Shown piece by piece: positions 36,850-49,785 of a DNA stretch of 64,000 bases; within the stretch, counting starts at the first letter, position 1; every line of letters starts with the position of its first letter. The notes beneath the pieces were generated by a model. That model saw nothing but the letters and a program-made list of their open reading frames with translations, ran no database searches and was not told the DNA's origin. Both the position numbers and the translations under genes were made by a program. The DNA lies in NCBI GenBank assembly GCA_964106915.2, contig OZ066916.1, one strand, 5' to 3'. The stretch is from Podarcis gaigeae (taxonomy: Eukaryota).

Positions 36850-37340
36850 CTATGTTGCATCTGAATCACGTCTCAGTTATGAAAGTGATGGATCAATGCC
36901 TGGATGTAGTGGCGGATGGGATGAGAGCTAATAAGCTTCAGCTAAATGCCAATAGGATGGAGGCCCCGAGTCTGGCAGGCAACTTTTAATGCTACACTAT
37001 CCCTGAAGGAGCAGGTGTGCAGAATGCCCAGGTGGTGGGAATGGCACCTATGACTGCTCTTGGGTCCCGCTAACCATGCCGCACTGACTTGGTAACATCA
37101 GGACTGGGCTACTGTGGTGAGTTCTACAAGGTGCAACCTTTAAGATTGGTAGGGAAGCTGCAGCTAATGCAGAATACAGTGCTTAGGCTGCTGACTAAGG
37201 AAGCTTAATGCAAACATTTAACACCGCTTTTTAAAGAACCGCATTGGCTGCCAATACGCTACTGCCATTCCAAGTTTAAGGCTTTTGTACTTACCTAAAG
37301 CCCTAAACTGCTTCCGACTGGGTTATGTGAATGGTTTGCC
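36850..37340 (+). mobile_element. Degraded L2-clade LINE RT-region fragment
   Basis: Relics of MRANKLQLN, KLQLMQN.VLRLLT and LKEPHWLP. Confidence 0.7.
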
Positions 37341-37716
37341 CTGTATAGATCTGCCTGGAGGGGGCTAGGCCCATTCATGCTGCACTAAACTACAGTGCAG
37401 TGTGACATCAACATGTGGCTGCTTTCTCTCAGCCTCAGCTATGCCACTCACTTCATCTGCAGTATAGGGAAGATAATTCTTGCTCACTTGTTGTAATATT
37501 AACTGAGGTAATGTATGTGAACTGAACACTTGACATGCAGTATATACATGCTCAACATTATTATAAGCGCAGTTCATTAAAAATGTCTGGAAGGGAAATG
37601 CAAGCCTTTCTGCAACAGTAAATGCACATTTTACATATAATGCCATTATCTGCATACTGTCAACACATGGTATGAACACAGGATCTCCTGTACTGGAAAG
37701 GTACTAAATAGCTTAC

Positions 37717-38056
37717 CTTGCTCAGAGAGGATCGTTGAGTCTGTGCTGGGGATCTGGTCTTTCATCTTCTCATCTTCACTCTCCTCATCGCTAACCTCCT
37801 GAAAGATACCAGCAGTAAATGTTGCAGGTGTGAATAACTGTTCAGTCGGCATCTCAGAAAAGGCTGGGCTTAAATCATTGCTGGCTGATTGATCTGCTGG
37901 AGGAGGTGAATCAGGATCTCCTGGTCTGAGAGGAACCCCAGTACTATCCAAGGCATTGAAAGGCACTGTGGGCATTGGGTAATCTAGAATGAGGTTTGTA
38001 TCCTCAATGTCATTAACTGTTGCTGGACTTGCATAAACCAGTGGTACTTCAGAGGT
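37717..38056 (-). CDS. IMPG1: IMPG1 mucin-like exon (TSEVPLVYASPATVND...STILSEQ), exon 12 homologue
   Basis: CTCTTTGCTAG acceptor and GTAAGC donor. 340 nt, phase 0-1. S/T/P/acidic-rich open frame. Confidence 0.92.
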
Positions 38057-38263
38057 CTAGCAAAGAGAAGAAAGAGAGGATGAAGAAAACCTGAAGAGAG
38101 GAACAATTGCTATGATACTTAGTTGTGGTCCTAGGGAAGGCCATTGCACACATTAAGGTTGCTAAGTGCTTGTCTATTATGATTTAAGTGTACATTATAG
38201 AACCTTGATTTGCTCTGGTTTCTATAAACTGCACTGCAAACCAGGGGTTGCCTCTGTGTAATG

Positions 38264-38397
38264 CAGGGTTTCCCACACTTGGGTCTCCAGCTGTTGTTGG
38301 ACTACAACTCCCATCATCCCTAGCTAGCAGGACCAATAGTCAGGGATGATGGGAACTGTAGTCCAAAACCCCGGAGACCTAAATTTGGGAAACTCTG
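38264..38397. mobile_element. Palindromic hAT MITE, 134 bp
   Basis: TIR CAGGGTTTCCC...GGGAAACTCTG, long internal inverted arms, and 8-bp TSD gtgtaatg/ctgtaatg. Confidence 0.88.
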
Positions 38398-38529
38398 CTG
38401 TAATGTATACAGGTACACTCCAGAAAATATTTTACAACTGTGTACGTATGTGCGCGCACACATGTATGTATTTTTATTTATAGAGTTTATTGTTACACTA
38501 TTTGTCACATATGATCCTGGAGTGGCTCA

Positions 38530-39360
38530 TAACAATATAAATATATAAAGGTAACATTAACACATTCACCTGTCCTCTCACAAATATTCAAAATACTCTG
38601 AAGCAAGAGAACTGCTTCATCTGGCACTAGAAAACTGACAGAGTAGGTGCTAGCTAGACTTCAGGGGAGAGAATATTCTATAGCCCAGGGTGCTATTGCT
38701 GAGAAGGCCCTTGGTGTGTCTGTCTATCGGAGAGGGTCATAGATATCCTGGCCTCAGTTAACATTAAAACAATGAACAGGGTGGCGATACAATGACTATT
38801 GCAATCGACAGAAGGTAGTATCACCAAGGCAACTATCTGTAAACAAATAATAAACATTCATTGTTTGTTCTCAGTTAACATTGGCAGTACCAGAAGAGCC
38901 TCCATAGTCAACATCAAAGGAAGGACAATATGGAGAAGACACCATCTTTCAGGTAACTGGGTCCTAAGGCATTTAAGGCTTTATACATCTGAACTGTTAC
39001 TTTATAATAGGCCCAGTGACAAATATGACAGACAGTCCAGATATTTAAGGACTGCATGCCCATTAGTTCTGTGGTTGCTGCATTTTTTTAAATGGCTGGT
39101 GTCTCCTGACCATCTTCAAGGACAATACTACACAGAGTGAACTGCAGTGCTCCAAACAGGAGGTTACTAGAGAATGGATCACTATGGCCAAGCCATTCCC
39201 TACTCAAGAATGGTCATAACTGGTGAAACAGCCCCAACTGGAGAAAGGCACTCCATACCAGATACCACTTGGGCCTTCAGTGACAAGGTAAAATCAAGGA
39301 GTAGCCCCACACTACAGATCTGATCCTTCAAGAGGAGTCAGCTCCATCTATAACAGGCCA
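38530..39360 (-). mobile_element. Old L2-clade LINE fragments
   Basis: Degenerate similarity to 46491-47085 (GAGAAGGCCC; TGCAGTGCTCCAAACAGGAGGTTACTAGAG). Confidence 0.55.
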
Positions 39361-40126
39361 CCTTCTTCTTTCCTGGATCCAACGTATCATTGAAACCACA
39401 GATATTGTAATCTGTGGCCCTCCAGATATTGTTGGACTATGCCTCCCGTCATCAATGACCATGCTGCTGGGGCCTGATGGAAGTAGGAGCCCAACAGCAT
39501 ATGGAGGGTCACAGGTAGGTTACTCCTGCTATATGACATTTTCACATGATCAATCAATAAATTATGCAATAAACACATTTTATTTTTTGGTGCCACAAGT
39601 CATGCATGCTCCAGATTTTGTTTTCCGTATCTGTTGCCTCCTCCCTCCATGGGAGACATAGATTTGCTCTGAGATAAATGGTAGAAGGGGCAGGAACCTT
39701 TTGGATCTCCCTCCTTTGCTAGTTTTTAAAACTAGGGCAGATGAGCACCAGCTCTGTTTTGGTTTAGCAAACAAAGTTTAATAGCCACCAATGGAATAAA
39801 ATATACACGTTCACAAAATAGGAGTTTATGCGGGGGATCGGGAGGGCAGGAGGCTGAGTGTTGGAAACTTTGCCTTAAAAACAACTGTGTTGAAAAGTTC
39901 ACTCCGGCACTAGGGTTTCATAGGATGTGAACACATGGTGGGGGGAGAGGGGAAACGAAAATTGCGTGAAGCAGAAGGAGTTGTATTGGACAGAGAAGAC
40001 ATAATAGCAGCCTGGGTCTGTTGGATGCTACTCATATTCACAGTCAAACTTTTATTTTACAATGATTTTATTGGGTTCCTGGTATATATCTTACCTTAAG
40101 GAACAAAGGCAGGAAAATTTACTCAC

Positions 40127-40203
40127 CAACCCAGGTCCAGCGACACCATCGGTTACCATGGATTGGATATCATTATCTACGTCACTTGATGGCCTAATGG
40201 TTT
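40127..40203 (-). CDS. IMPG1: IMPG1 exon 11 homologue (ETIRPSSDVDNDIQSMVTDGVAGPGL)
   Basis: TTTTGCAG acceptor and GTGAGT donor. 77 nt, phase 1-0. Confidence 0.92.
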
Positions 40204-40492
40204 CTGCAAAATGAGACAAATGCAAACGGATTTTTTTCAGTAAATCTGCATAAATGACAAGAAGCATGCTTACTGATCAAAGTGTGCAAAATGTTACATA
40301 AGGTGCTATGTTGTAAACTTGAGTAATGCCACACGACAAATACAATTACAGAGCTGGGGGGGGGGTTGGTCATTCAATATGAATTTAAATTTTAAAGATG
40401 CTGCTTACTCCAGAGAACTGAGCTTTCTCTCTAAATTAACTAATGGGAAAGAGCAGTATGAACTCAGATTGTTCAGGATGTCCACATTGCAA

Positions 40493-40849
40493 GGCCTCGG
40501 TCCTGTATACCTGAAGGAGCGTCTCCACCCCCATCGTTCAGCCCGGGCACTGAGATCCAGCGCCGAGGGCCTTCTGGCAGTTCCCTCATTGCAAGAAGTA
40601 AGGTTACAGGGAACCAGGCAGAGGGCCTTCTCGGTAGTGGCGCCTGCCCTGTGGAACGCCCTCCCAGCAGATGTCAAGGAAATAAACAACTATTTTACTT
40701 TTAAAAGACAACTGAAGGCAGCCCTCTTTAGGGAAGTTTTTAATGTCTAATGCTGTATTGTTTTTAATATTCAGTTGGAAGCCGCCCAGAGTGGCTGGGG
40801 ATACCCAGCCAGATGGGCGGGGTGTAAATAATAAATTATTATTATTATT
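40493..40849 (+). mobile_element. Young L2-clade LINE 3' end
   Basis: Encodes GLGPVYLKERL...RAFSVVAPALWNALP...REVFNV*, followed by AATAAA and a (TTA)n tail. Confidence 0.9.
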
Positions 40850-41107
40850 GTTCCCATTACACAGCAACAGGTCTGGGTTTACTACTGAGTGTCTATTTGG
40901 CTCAAAGCACCAGTTAATTCTAGCTTGCTGACAAATGTGGTACGCTTGTGAAATATATGTGCTGTTCAAATCCATTTGTTGCATTCATACATATATTTAT
41001 TCATTTTACTAGATCTCTGCAATCTCAGAGAGAATCAATGATGCACAGCGCAAGGTCATTTTCAACTGGCTCCCTAGTTCACAAAGAGGAAAATCTGATT
41101 GACTGAC

Positions 41108-41355
41108 CGTCAGCAAACTGAAGTGTCCCAAGATCCATGGACAGTGACTTATCTTCCTGTAGTGCCATGGCAACCATCTGCTGGAGGTCTGTCACTCTCG
41201 GTTTAGTTGCTGGTATCTCGCCCTCCGTACTAATAGAACCTTTTTCGTTTTCAATCTTGTTGGAGCTGATAGTTGAGATGTCATCCGCAGGACCTTTAAC
41301 TTCGGACTCCTCTCTCTCAAAGTTGATGACATACCGAGCTACCGTGCTGCTTGAC
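41108..41355 (-). CDS. IMPG1: IMPG1 exon 10 homologue, end of SEA-1 (SSSTVARYVINFER...LSMDLGTLQFAD)
   Basis: CCCAAAG acceptor and GTCAGT donor. 248 nt, phase 2-1. Inside ORF 41079..41414. Confidence 0.95.
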
Positions 41356-42204
41356 CTTTGGGTGTGGGAGGAAACTAAGTGTATGATAAATGCTTTTACC
41401 TGTGCCAAGTTCATATTTCACTGAAATTGGTTTAGTAATAGAGGAGGACATGGAAGACCTGCTTGTCATTAGGTGATTGATTTCACTGGCTAGCTTGCTA
41501 ATCTAAGTTAGTAGCAATGAGTCACAACTTCCCTCGGTCACCCAGCCCTCTTCACTGGTTAAAACCCAGTCACACTGCTTTTATGGTGACTGAGATGGGT
41601 TAGGAGATATTGCCACTGATGCGAGTTAACAGGAGCTCTTGCAATATGACTCACTCCAGTCATGTAAAGGTCAACTTGGCTAAATTATTGAAATGCCTTC
41701 TCCAGGCAACCAACACATTAAAATACCAGCAATGGAAAATAACATTTAATCCACAATGCAACACAATTAATGATGCAAAATTTAAAAACTAGATTTCCCA
41801 TCCTTCCTAGTTTGGATTGAGGCATGCAGGTAGATGTTTGTGAAGGGGGAGATGCTTAAAATCCCATTTAGCATAATAAATGAACTTTGCTTCTCACTTG
41901 CATGGAAAACCAGACGCCTTTCTAACCAGTATCTCCCAAACAGAATGACTACATTTCCTCAGCATTCAAATAGCAATATTCTTCTCCAAGCACATCCCTT
42001 GCTTTTCTAATTGTACTGCAGGATGGTACACATGGCATGGGCAGCTACTGAACAGTACTTATTATATAACTAGTGCTGGATTAAAAAAATCCCACTCAAC
42101 CCATGGGGTAAGGTGCCTTTCTAAGCAGTTTAAAATGTTTAAAAGACATAGTTGGAGCCTGGACACTCCCTGTTTGAACCTATAAGGAAGGGTTGTAGGT
42201 GACT

Positions 42205-42375
42205 GCTAGACTAGAGCATATTATTTGCATACAGAAGGTTCTAGATTCTGTTTGCAGCATCTCCAGGTACGATGCGGAAACCCTGGAGAGCTACTGCCAA
42301 TCAGCATTCATAATGCTGAAGTAGATAGCCAATGGCCTGACTTCTCAGTAAAAGGCACTTTCCTATGTTCCTGCG
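42205..42375 (+). mobile_element. Old tRNA-derived SINE
   Basis: Degenerate tRNA head (TAGAGCAT..TTTGCATACAGAAGGT) and CCTATGTTCCT tail. Confidence 0.6.
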
Positions 42376-42813
42376 TTCCTAATCTGTCAAGTGCAGAAGT
42401 GTTCATGTAAGTTATAACTCACTATATGATGATATAGGTTTGTGTGCACGTGCATGTAGCATCAAAAAACATAGCCCTTCCAGTGCTAGGTCACCTCAAC
42501 TCCTATAATTTGGTGTTATCAGATCCCAGCAAAAAGGCACATTCGAGACAACAAGGCAGCCTCCCACATTCAGTACCTGTGGCAACCATATCATGCCGTG
42601 TACTAAAGGTAATGTTGACTATAGCACTAATTGGGTAAGTCCCTAGGAGTAGTTGCTCATCAGTCAAACAAACGCAGTTGTTTTTCTACCCTTCTTGCTG
42701 GAACAGTACATGAATGCTTAAGAGGAACAGGGCACATAAATAAAAGTGCCATAAAAGACCTGTTCTGTGTTAGGAGTCACATCAAATAAAAAAGGAGTGA
42801 CTATGTACTCAGA

Positions 42814-43180
42814 GGCCTGGTTCACATGCCGCACTAAACCATAGTTAAAATAAACCACAATTTAATGTGAACAAGCAGTGCTTCACTCTTCCCTTGCTCC
42901 TGCTAGGAAACAAACCATGGTATGGCTTGCCTTGTTGTCCAAACCAGGACTTGTGGTTTGTTTCTCTCTGAACAAACCACAAGCGGAAGCCAAGGTTTGT
43001 TCTCAGTTTGCCACTCATGGTTTGTTTGAGGAAATAAATCATGAAACCAAGCTCAGATGGCGTGACAAGTCAGATCATGGTTTGTTCCTTGGCAGTGCAG
43101 CAGAAGTGGGGGAGAAGTAAAGTGTCATTCATATTAAACCACAGCAAATTTGACTAGAATTTAATACGTCATATGAAGCA
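42814..43180. mobile_element. Long imperfect palindromic element (probable MITE)
   Basis: Nested inverted arms around a central CTTGTGGTTTGTT-loop-AACAAACCACAAG. Confidence 0.55.
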
Positions 43181-43270
43181 GATCAGTGTGCCTTTTCTTC
43201 ACCTCTGAGTAACCACAAGCAGACCTGAAAGAGCTGGTATGTTCTAAGATAAAGGATTCCAGGGTAAGGG

Positions 43271-43399
43271 NNNNNNNNNNNNNNNNNNNNNNNNNNNNNN
43301 NNNNNNNNNNNNNNNNNNNNNNNNNNNNNNNNNNNNNNNNNNNNNNNNNNNNNNNNNNNNNNNNNNNNNNNNNNNNNNNNNNNNNNNNNNNNNNNNNNN
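43271..43399. other. Assembly gap (N run)
   Basis: 129 N. Confidence 1.
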
Positions 43400-43404
43400 C
43401 ACTT

Positions 43405-43614
43405 TATCACTACCTGAAGGAGTCTCAAAGCGGCCAACATTCTCCTTTCCCTTCCTTGCCCACAACAAACACTTTGTGAGGTGAGTGGGGCTGAGAGACT
43501 TCAGAGAAGTGTGACTAGCCCAAGATCACCCAGCAGCTGCATGTGGAGGAGCGGAGACGCGAACCCGGTTCACCAGATTACGAGTCTACCGCTCTTAACC
43601 ACTACACCACACTG
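43405..43614 (-). mobile_element. tRNA-derived SINE (Squam3-like)
   Basis: The minus strand starts CAGTGTGGTGTAGTGGTTAAGAGCGGTAGACTCGTAATCTGGTGAACCGGGTTCGCG. The 3' end runs into the gap. Confidence 0.8.
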
Positions 43615-44427
43615 CAAGTGTCATCATGTTACATCAACCTCACAGACAATTAACAGTACAAATGTTTAGGATCAGGATATCAATCTTCACTTTTCTGAAT
43701 GGGAAAAGGAACAACAAATAGTTATGGACTAAACTTGCTTAAAACTGCTCTGCAATGGCAAACATCTGAAGGGAGGGGGAGACACTGAATTGTGCTTTCC
43801 ATATTCTACTCTGTGGCAAATCTCCTCAATGGCAGGGTGGGGTAGGGAATAGGTTTCAAAAATATTTTAGACTTGTATCATACATTGAAAATCAATAGTT
43901 ACTTGGTAGACACTTAAGGGGTTCCAAAAAACCCACACGTCAGACAACTTCCTTTTGTGAGTCAGATGATAACTGACCTTCAAAGATACATAAAGAGAGC
44001 CTGAGAATAAGTTTGCTTCTTATCATTTTCTAAAGCCATGTATAAATGCATTTAATTTACTGTGCTAGCACTATTGCTTCCTACTCCTACACAGAAGGTG
44101 GCGGTTACAGTAGCTCTGTGATAGGATGATGACCCTATCAAGAGGGAGGTGGGGAGAAGGAATCTGGTCTTCTCAGCAGAACAGAAAAGCAAAAACATTT
44201 CCCTTGTCTATTTTATGTTGTAGATGGAGGAACTTTCTGCTATTCACATCAGTCTTTGTCTGCCTATGCTACATAATGGTTTAGGCTAAAGTGGCCTAAA
44301 GTCAGCCAAGCCTACATGTTTCTTCCAGATCTGTATCTTAAAACTAGGTAATTTCACATTGACATTACTATGCATGTCATATCATGTGTTGTTGTTTTTT
44401 TATATAAAAAAAGTGCGGGGAAATTAC

Positions 44428-44448
44428 CCATCTTTTTCCTTCTTCTGT
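44428..44448 (-). CDS. IMPG1: IMPG1 21-nt microexon (R-QKKEKD-G), exon 9 homologue
   Basis: AG|ACAGAAGAAGGAAAAAGATGG|GTAATT, phase 2-2. Matches the recalled (P/Q)KKEKDG peptide. Confidence 0.9.
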
Positions 44449-45344
44449 CTTCAGTTCCAGCACACGAAGGCAGGACAGATGGCAGTATTTCGAAGGAAAA
44501 GAAAGAAGAACATTAAAGCATACAAACATATTAACTTGCAGTTGATAATATACTCTGCATCTTTCCGCTTTGTTATTTGCCAGGGCAAGTGATTTCCATC
44601 ATTAAAATTCCTTTCTTCACAAAACGTGAGTGCTCCTTTTCTCTTTCCCTTCCTGGAGTAAAAGAAAGCTCTTCAGCTTTCCCCTCTCTTTCCATCCATT
44701 TCCCCTCCCCTCCCCAGGTCACTAATTGCAATTCATCGGGTGCTAATCTGTACCTTTCCCGTGGCAACGAGGAAGCTGGGATTGACTTTGTTTGGCTCTT
44801 GTCCAAATCCGGGCCTCAGTAACCTGACCTAATTATCATTCTGACTATGCACACTTCTTGAGGCCATGTCCTGCCATGACACTTTGTAATACTGTCCTCT
44901 CTTTGTTTGTCTGACATATCTTCCATGCCAAATATGGAGCTCCTTAGCTGCCCCCGCACACCCATGTGGCTCTCCCAGAACAGCTTTCTTTCTCCTAGCT
45001 TGAGATGTACAAGAAGGGAAGGCACCAAAACAAAGACTACGTTTTCTCTCGAAGATAATCATGAAAGTCAAGACTCCATTTCTAGTGCTGCTCAATGTTC
45101 AGAGGTAAATAGAAAGAATCTTTGTGTAGGGCCAGGTTCTAAACTAGCTATTTCCCAACATTTATATATTAAATTTGCCAGGTAAGTGAATGATATATAT
45201 GGAGGCTTCTTTTCCATATGCAGCAGGATATCTTTAATCCTTGTGTAACTGATCTTTATTTCTGGTGGTGATGTGCTGTGAAGTTTTGTCTCCTGGAAAC
45301 CCAACCAGATGGGCAGGGTATAACAATATTATTATTATTATTAA

Positions 45345-45795
45345 GTACAACTCCCATCAGCCCTAGCAAGCATGACTAATAGTCAGGGGTCTAGGGAGTT
45401 GTTGTTCAACAACATCTGAAGCCAGAGGTTCCCCACATCTGGTCAAAATGTAGGTGTGGGATAACACACTAGTATCATATTGATAAAAACATCAGCACCT
45501 GGGGGGAATGATAGAAAGCTTTCTTCAAGGCATGGAAAGGGTCTAGATCAGTGGTTCTCAACCTGTGGGTCCCCAGCAAGGCTAGAGCTCAGGGATGATG
45601 GGAGTTGTAGTCCAACAACATCTGGGTACCCACAGGTTGAGAATCGTTGGTCTAGATGGATATTATGGTAGAATGGGGTGGGGAACCTGTAGTCCCCCAA
45701 AAGTTGTTGGACTTCATGAGCCCCAGCCAGCCTGGCACATGCTCAGGACTGATGGGAGTTGTAAACTAACATCACCTACAGCATCACAGGTAGAT
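45345..45795. mobile_element. Cluster of three palindromic hAT MITEs; middle copy 45549-45649 is Charlie-type
   Basis: The middle copy has TIR CAGTGGTTCTCAACCTGTGGG and a perfect TSD gtctagat (NTCTAGAN pattern). All three share GATGGGAGTTGTAGTCC-like arms. Confidence 0.8.
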
Positions 45796-46488
45796 AGTAC
45801 TGTAGTGGTGAAGAGCACAAGCTGGAATGTCCCCAACTGAAATCTCACCGTAGTCATGAATTAACTAGGATGTCTTAAACAAAACCTGAAAACCTAAATG
45901 CATAAAGATGGAGACAATAATAGAGGCCAACCTCCTGCATTACTTGAGCTTGAATGGGATGTTGACCTAGTTCTGCTGAGGCTCCCTCGCATGTCAGCCT
46001 CCACCCCAAGTAGAATTACTGTCCACACCACCACATGAGCTCTTGCTGTCCCTTGGGATCCCTGAAAATTTCAGTGCGCTGCAAACAAACCTGTAGTTGT
46101 GGGACCACTTATGTGGGTTGTAAAGAACGTGAGTAATAACCTAATGTCCCCAGGGACTTTCTTTTCTGCTGTATGTAAGAAAACACTGCATGTTCCCTTT
46201 GATCTTATAGTATGGTAGCACCTACAATTTGGAGCTTCCTGCCTATCACTTTCGGAAAGGTGGAGCAACAGATAGAGGAGAGGAAAAGGGAGGTGACAGA
46301 GGAAGAGGTATTGGCAGGGTCTACAGTCTCATACTGTCTTGAAGTGCCAATTTAGAAATACTTTTGTCTAAACTAACCTCTCTACCGGCTTTCAAAACTG
46401 ATTGAAATCACTAAAAATTATACCACTTAAAAAATAAATCACTAAACTGTTTACATAGAGTGGAGTTCAACACACTGCTAAGGAGATT

Positions 46489-46490
<2 letters not shown>

Positions 46491-46538
<48 letters not shown>

Positions 46539-47085
46539 TTATTATTTGTACCCTGCCCATCTGGTTGGGTTTCCCCAGCCACTCTGGGCGGCTTCCAACA
46601 AAGATAAAAGATACACTGAAATGTCACATATTAAAAACTTCCCTGAACAGGGCTGCCTTCAGATGTCTTCTGAATGTCAGGTAGATGTTTATCGCTTTGA
46701 CATCTGATGGGAGGGCGTTCCACAGGGTGGGCACCACTACCGAGAAGGCCCTCTGCCTGGTTCCCTGTAACTTGGCCTCTCACAGTGAGGGAACCGCCAG
46801 AAGGCCCTCGGAGCTGGACCTCAGTGTCCAGTATCCTTCAGATATACTGGACCGAGGCCGTTTAGGGCTTTAAAGGTCAGCACCAACACTTTGAATTGTG
46901 CTCGGAAACGTACTGGGAGCCAATGTAGGTCTTTCAAGACCAGTGTTATATGGTCTCGGCGGCCGCTCCCAGTCACCAGTCTAGCTGCTGCATTCTGGAT
47001 TAGTTGTAGTTTCCGGGTCACCTTCAAAGGTAGCCCCACGTAGAGCGCATTACAGTAGTCCAAGCAGGAGATAACCAGAGCATGT
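46491..47085 (-). mobile_element. L2-clade LINE 3' fragment with expanded (TTA)n tail
   Basis: Encodes LDYCNALYVGLPLKVTRKLQLIQNAAARLVTG...LHWLPVRFRAQFK. Same 3' end as the 40493 copy. Confidence 0.92.
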
Positions 47086-47496
47086 TCCATCAGTGCAAGC
47101 ATTTCTGTTCTCCATCAGAACCATCTCCCCTCCTCTCCGCCCCACCCCCGACTGGTGTCCCAGGGCTTCTCCAGAGGGAGAGGCATGGAGGGGGGGGGAA
47201 CTGGGGGAGAGTCCCATTGTGTTAGCAGGAGTCCTTGCACTGGCTTCTGCTAGCCGAATGGATGATTTGAATCTGGTCCCCAGAGAATAATAAAAGGACA
47301 CACAGCAACATTCAGAAAAATTCCCCAAAGCCAAATAAACACAGAACAAAGCTACAGATCACAGAGAAAACTGATTAGAAGATTCTGAAATGCTAATCTA
47401 CAACAAAATGTTTCCTAGAATAAAATGCCTTATTTGCTTCCTTAGTGAGAAGGGAACACTTACCCTAACTAGAAAGTGAATAACGTTATCACTTAC

Positions 47497-47555
47497 CTAA
47501 ATCCTAATACACGGATTTCTTTGAATCCTGCAAGTTTCTCAAATATCTTTTGCAT
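47497..47555 (-). CDS. IMPG1: IMPG1 exon 8 homologue (MQKIFEKLAGFKEIRVLGF-R)
   Basis: TTTAATAG acceptor and GTAAGT donor. 59 nt, phase 0-2. Confidence 0.96.
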
Positions 47556-49597
47556 CTATTAAACAGAGAGGGAAAAAAGTTAATTATATGTTCATTCTTC
47601 TGTCAGGGGAACTAACAGATGTTAGCTAAATAAGCATTTACTCCCAGCAGAGCCTATTCTAGCATTTGTAAAACAGAACTTTGGAATTCAGAAAGACCAT
47701 TGGGGAATTTGCTTTCGTTGCATGGTTAGTGGAGACCTTAATTAAGCATTTTAACTTGGACATGCTGAGATACTGTTTAGATTAATGGACAAAGCCCTGC
47801 AATGTTGCAGCTTTTCTCACCTAGTGAGCCTGTATGCATTATTTGTATTGGTGATCGCAATAAGGTTACAGAGGGCATTGTTTAAGCCCAGGGCCTTGGT
47901 TTCCAGGGCCAGAATTTCCTCCAGTTTACATGAAGCAATATGAGAGTTTGACTTCCTCTCAGCATGTGCAGAACACCAAACTCCACTATCAGCCTCTTTA
48001 GTCACTTTATGGTTTTTGATGCATCCTTAAACACATAAAGCGAATGAGGTAGGAACATGTGTTTGCAAACAAATGCATCACGGTGGCTCACTTTATCAGG
48101 GAGCCCGGTTTCGGTAAAGCTGTTTAGAGTACACTTAGTAATAAATCTAAGTTGGTTACCACATTGTGATATAAGCTGGGAAACCATATGACCTGAGCTT
48201 TGAGACCTAAGATCAGGGCATTTTGCTGCCAGAGGCAATGGGTAATAGGGTGTCCTCTCCCCATTACCTGGAATGACAATGAAATCTGATTTCACCACTG
48301 CTGGCAGAACACTGTTCACCACTGAAAGGCTAGCCAAGAGAAGCAAAAGGCTAGCAGGGGTGTGTGCGCAGGATACATGGCGCATGCTCTTCAGTCCTCC
48401 CAACACCCCTCTACTGCCAATAATCTGTTACCCGGGTGGTTGTTTCACACCACCTAACAGTAGGCAGTGGGTGGGTGTGCCTTCCTGGCATTCATTTATA
48501 ATACTTGTGTCCCACCTCTCCCTGCACTTGTGGCAGTTAAATCCCATAAAAGAATTTAACCAAAGGGTTGAAGCAAAACACTTCTTTAGTTCATGAATGA
48601 CCAACTTCCTACATCCACAAATCATTATTAGAAAAGGCTTCCACTGTGTTACACAACAATCACTTCCTACACCTGATAAATGACATAAGGCAGTTTATTT
48701 CCAGTGACTAAGTGATGGGTATATATGGAGACACTATAAAGTGGGATGCAGGAGATAATGGCTGAACCTCATACATGGATGATGCAGAGAAATAAAAGCC
48801 CACCCAAGTAAGCCAACCAATCTAATGGCCTTCTACTAAATCCACCGGCTTATAATGCAGCCTAATTATCCATCCTAGCCCACTTGCTCAGGAAGCGGCT
48901 ATTGCTGTTGCTACCTAATTAGCCCTTGAATGATACTGTGCATAATACAAATGACAGAAAAATTATTAGGTACTTTGTTTCAGTAGATCAGGTTGTGCTG
49001 ACAGTAATGGGGAGGAGGGAACAATGACAGAGAATGGCTACGTTGCCTTTCTGACATCACTCTTTTGTGGAAGATGCCCTCAGTGCCCTCCCTTATTGAG
49101 TCGGCCAGATTCCTTGCTACGCTCAACACAGCCCATTGTCTTCCGCTCTCCTTCTGGGCCAAATGCACACTACTGCTGCACAGAGGGCAAAGCATGTAGT
49201 GGGCGCTCTTCCATATTCTTGCCCTTGAAAGCTAGGTGAGGGCAAGTGACCAACATTAACATCAGAGAAGAGGAGTAGGGCTCTGAGGACTGGCCGTGAG
49301 TTCCCTGCTCCAATGTGGACCTTGGAAGGAGCTTGATGACAATGAGGCTGCCTTTGCAATACTCCTTCCTTATTTATTTTATTCTATTTACCCCACATGT
49401 GACTGCATATTTGTGTTCCAGGTAAGTTGGCACTAGCTTCTTAGCTGGGTATCTTGAATGCCTGATCTTGAGGTACCCATTCAATACCTAAACTCTGTGG
49501 ACTCTGTGGACCTTCCTCCTGGCTGAGAGAGGTCTCCTCCCTTTTGAACTTCTGGCACTTGGAGAAGACCTTTTTATTTCAGCAGGTATTTAAAGTA

Positions 49598-49785
49598 CAG
49601 TGGTACCTCCAGTTGCAGACGGGATCCATTCTGGAACTCTGGTTGGATCCCCAGGTTTCCGCAACTGGAGGGACTGCTTCTGCGCACACACGTGTGGCGG
49701 TAGAGCGCTTCTGCACATGTGTGTGTGGCAAAAACGCGGAAAGAGACTTCTGGGTTTGCGGCCTACGTATCCCGAAGTTTACATA
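49598..49785. mobile_element. Truncated pogo/Tigger-like MITE
   Basis: TA|CAGTGGTACCTC left end; the right TIR is missing. Confidence 0.65.
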
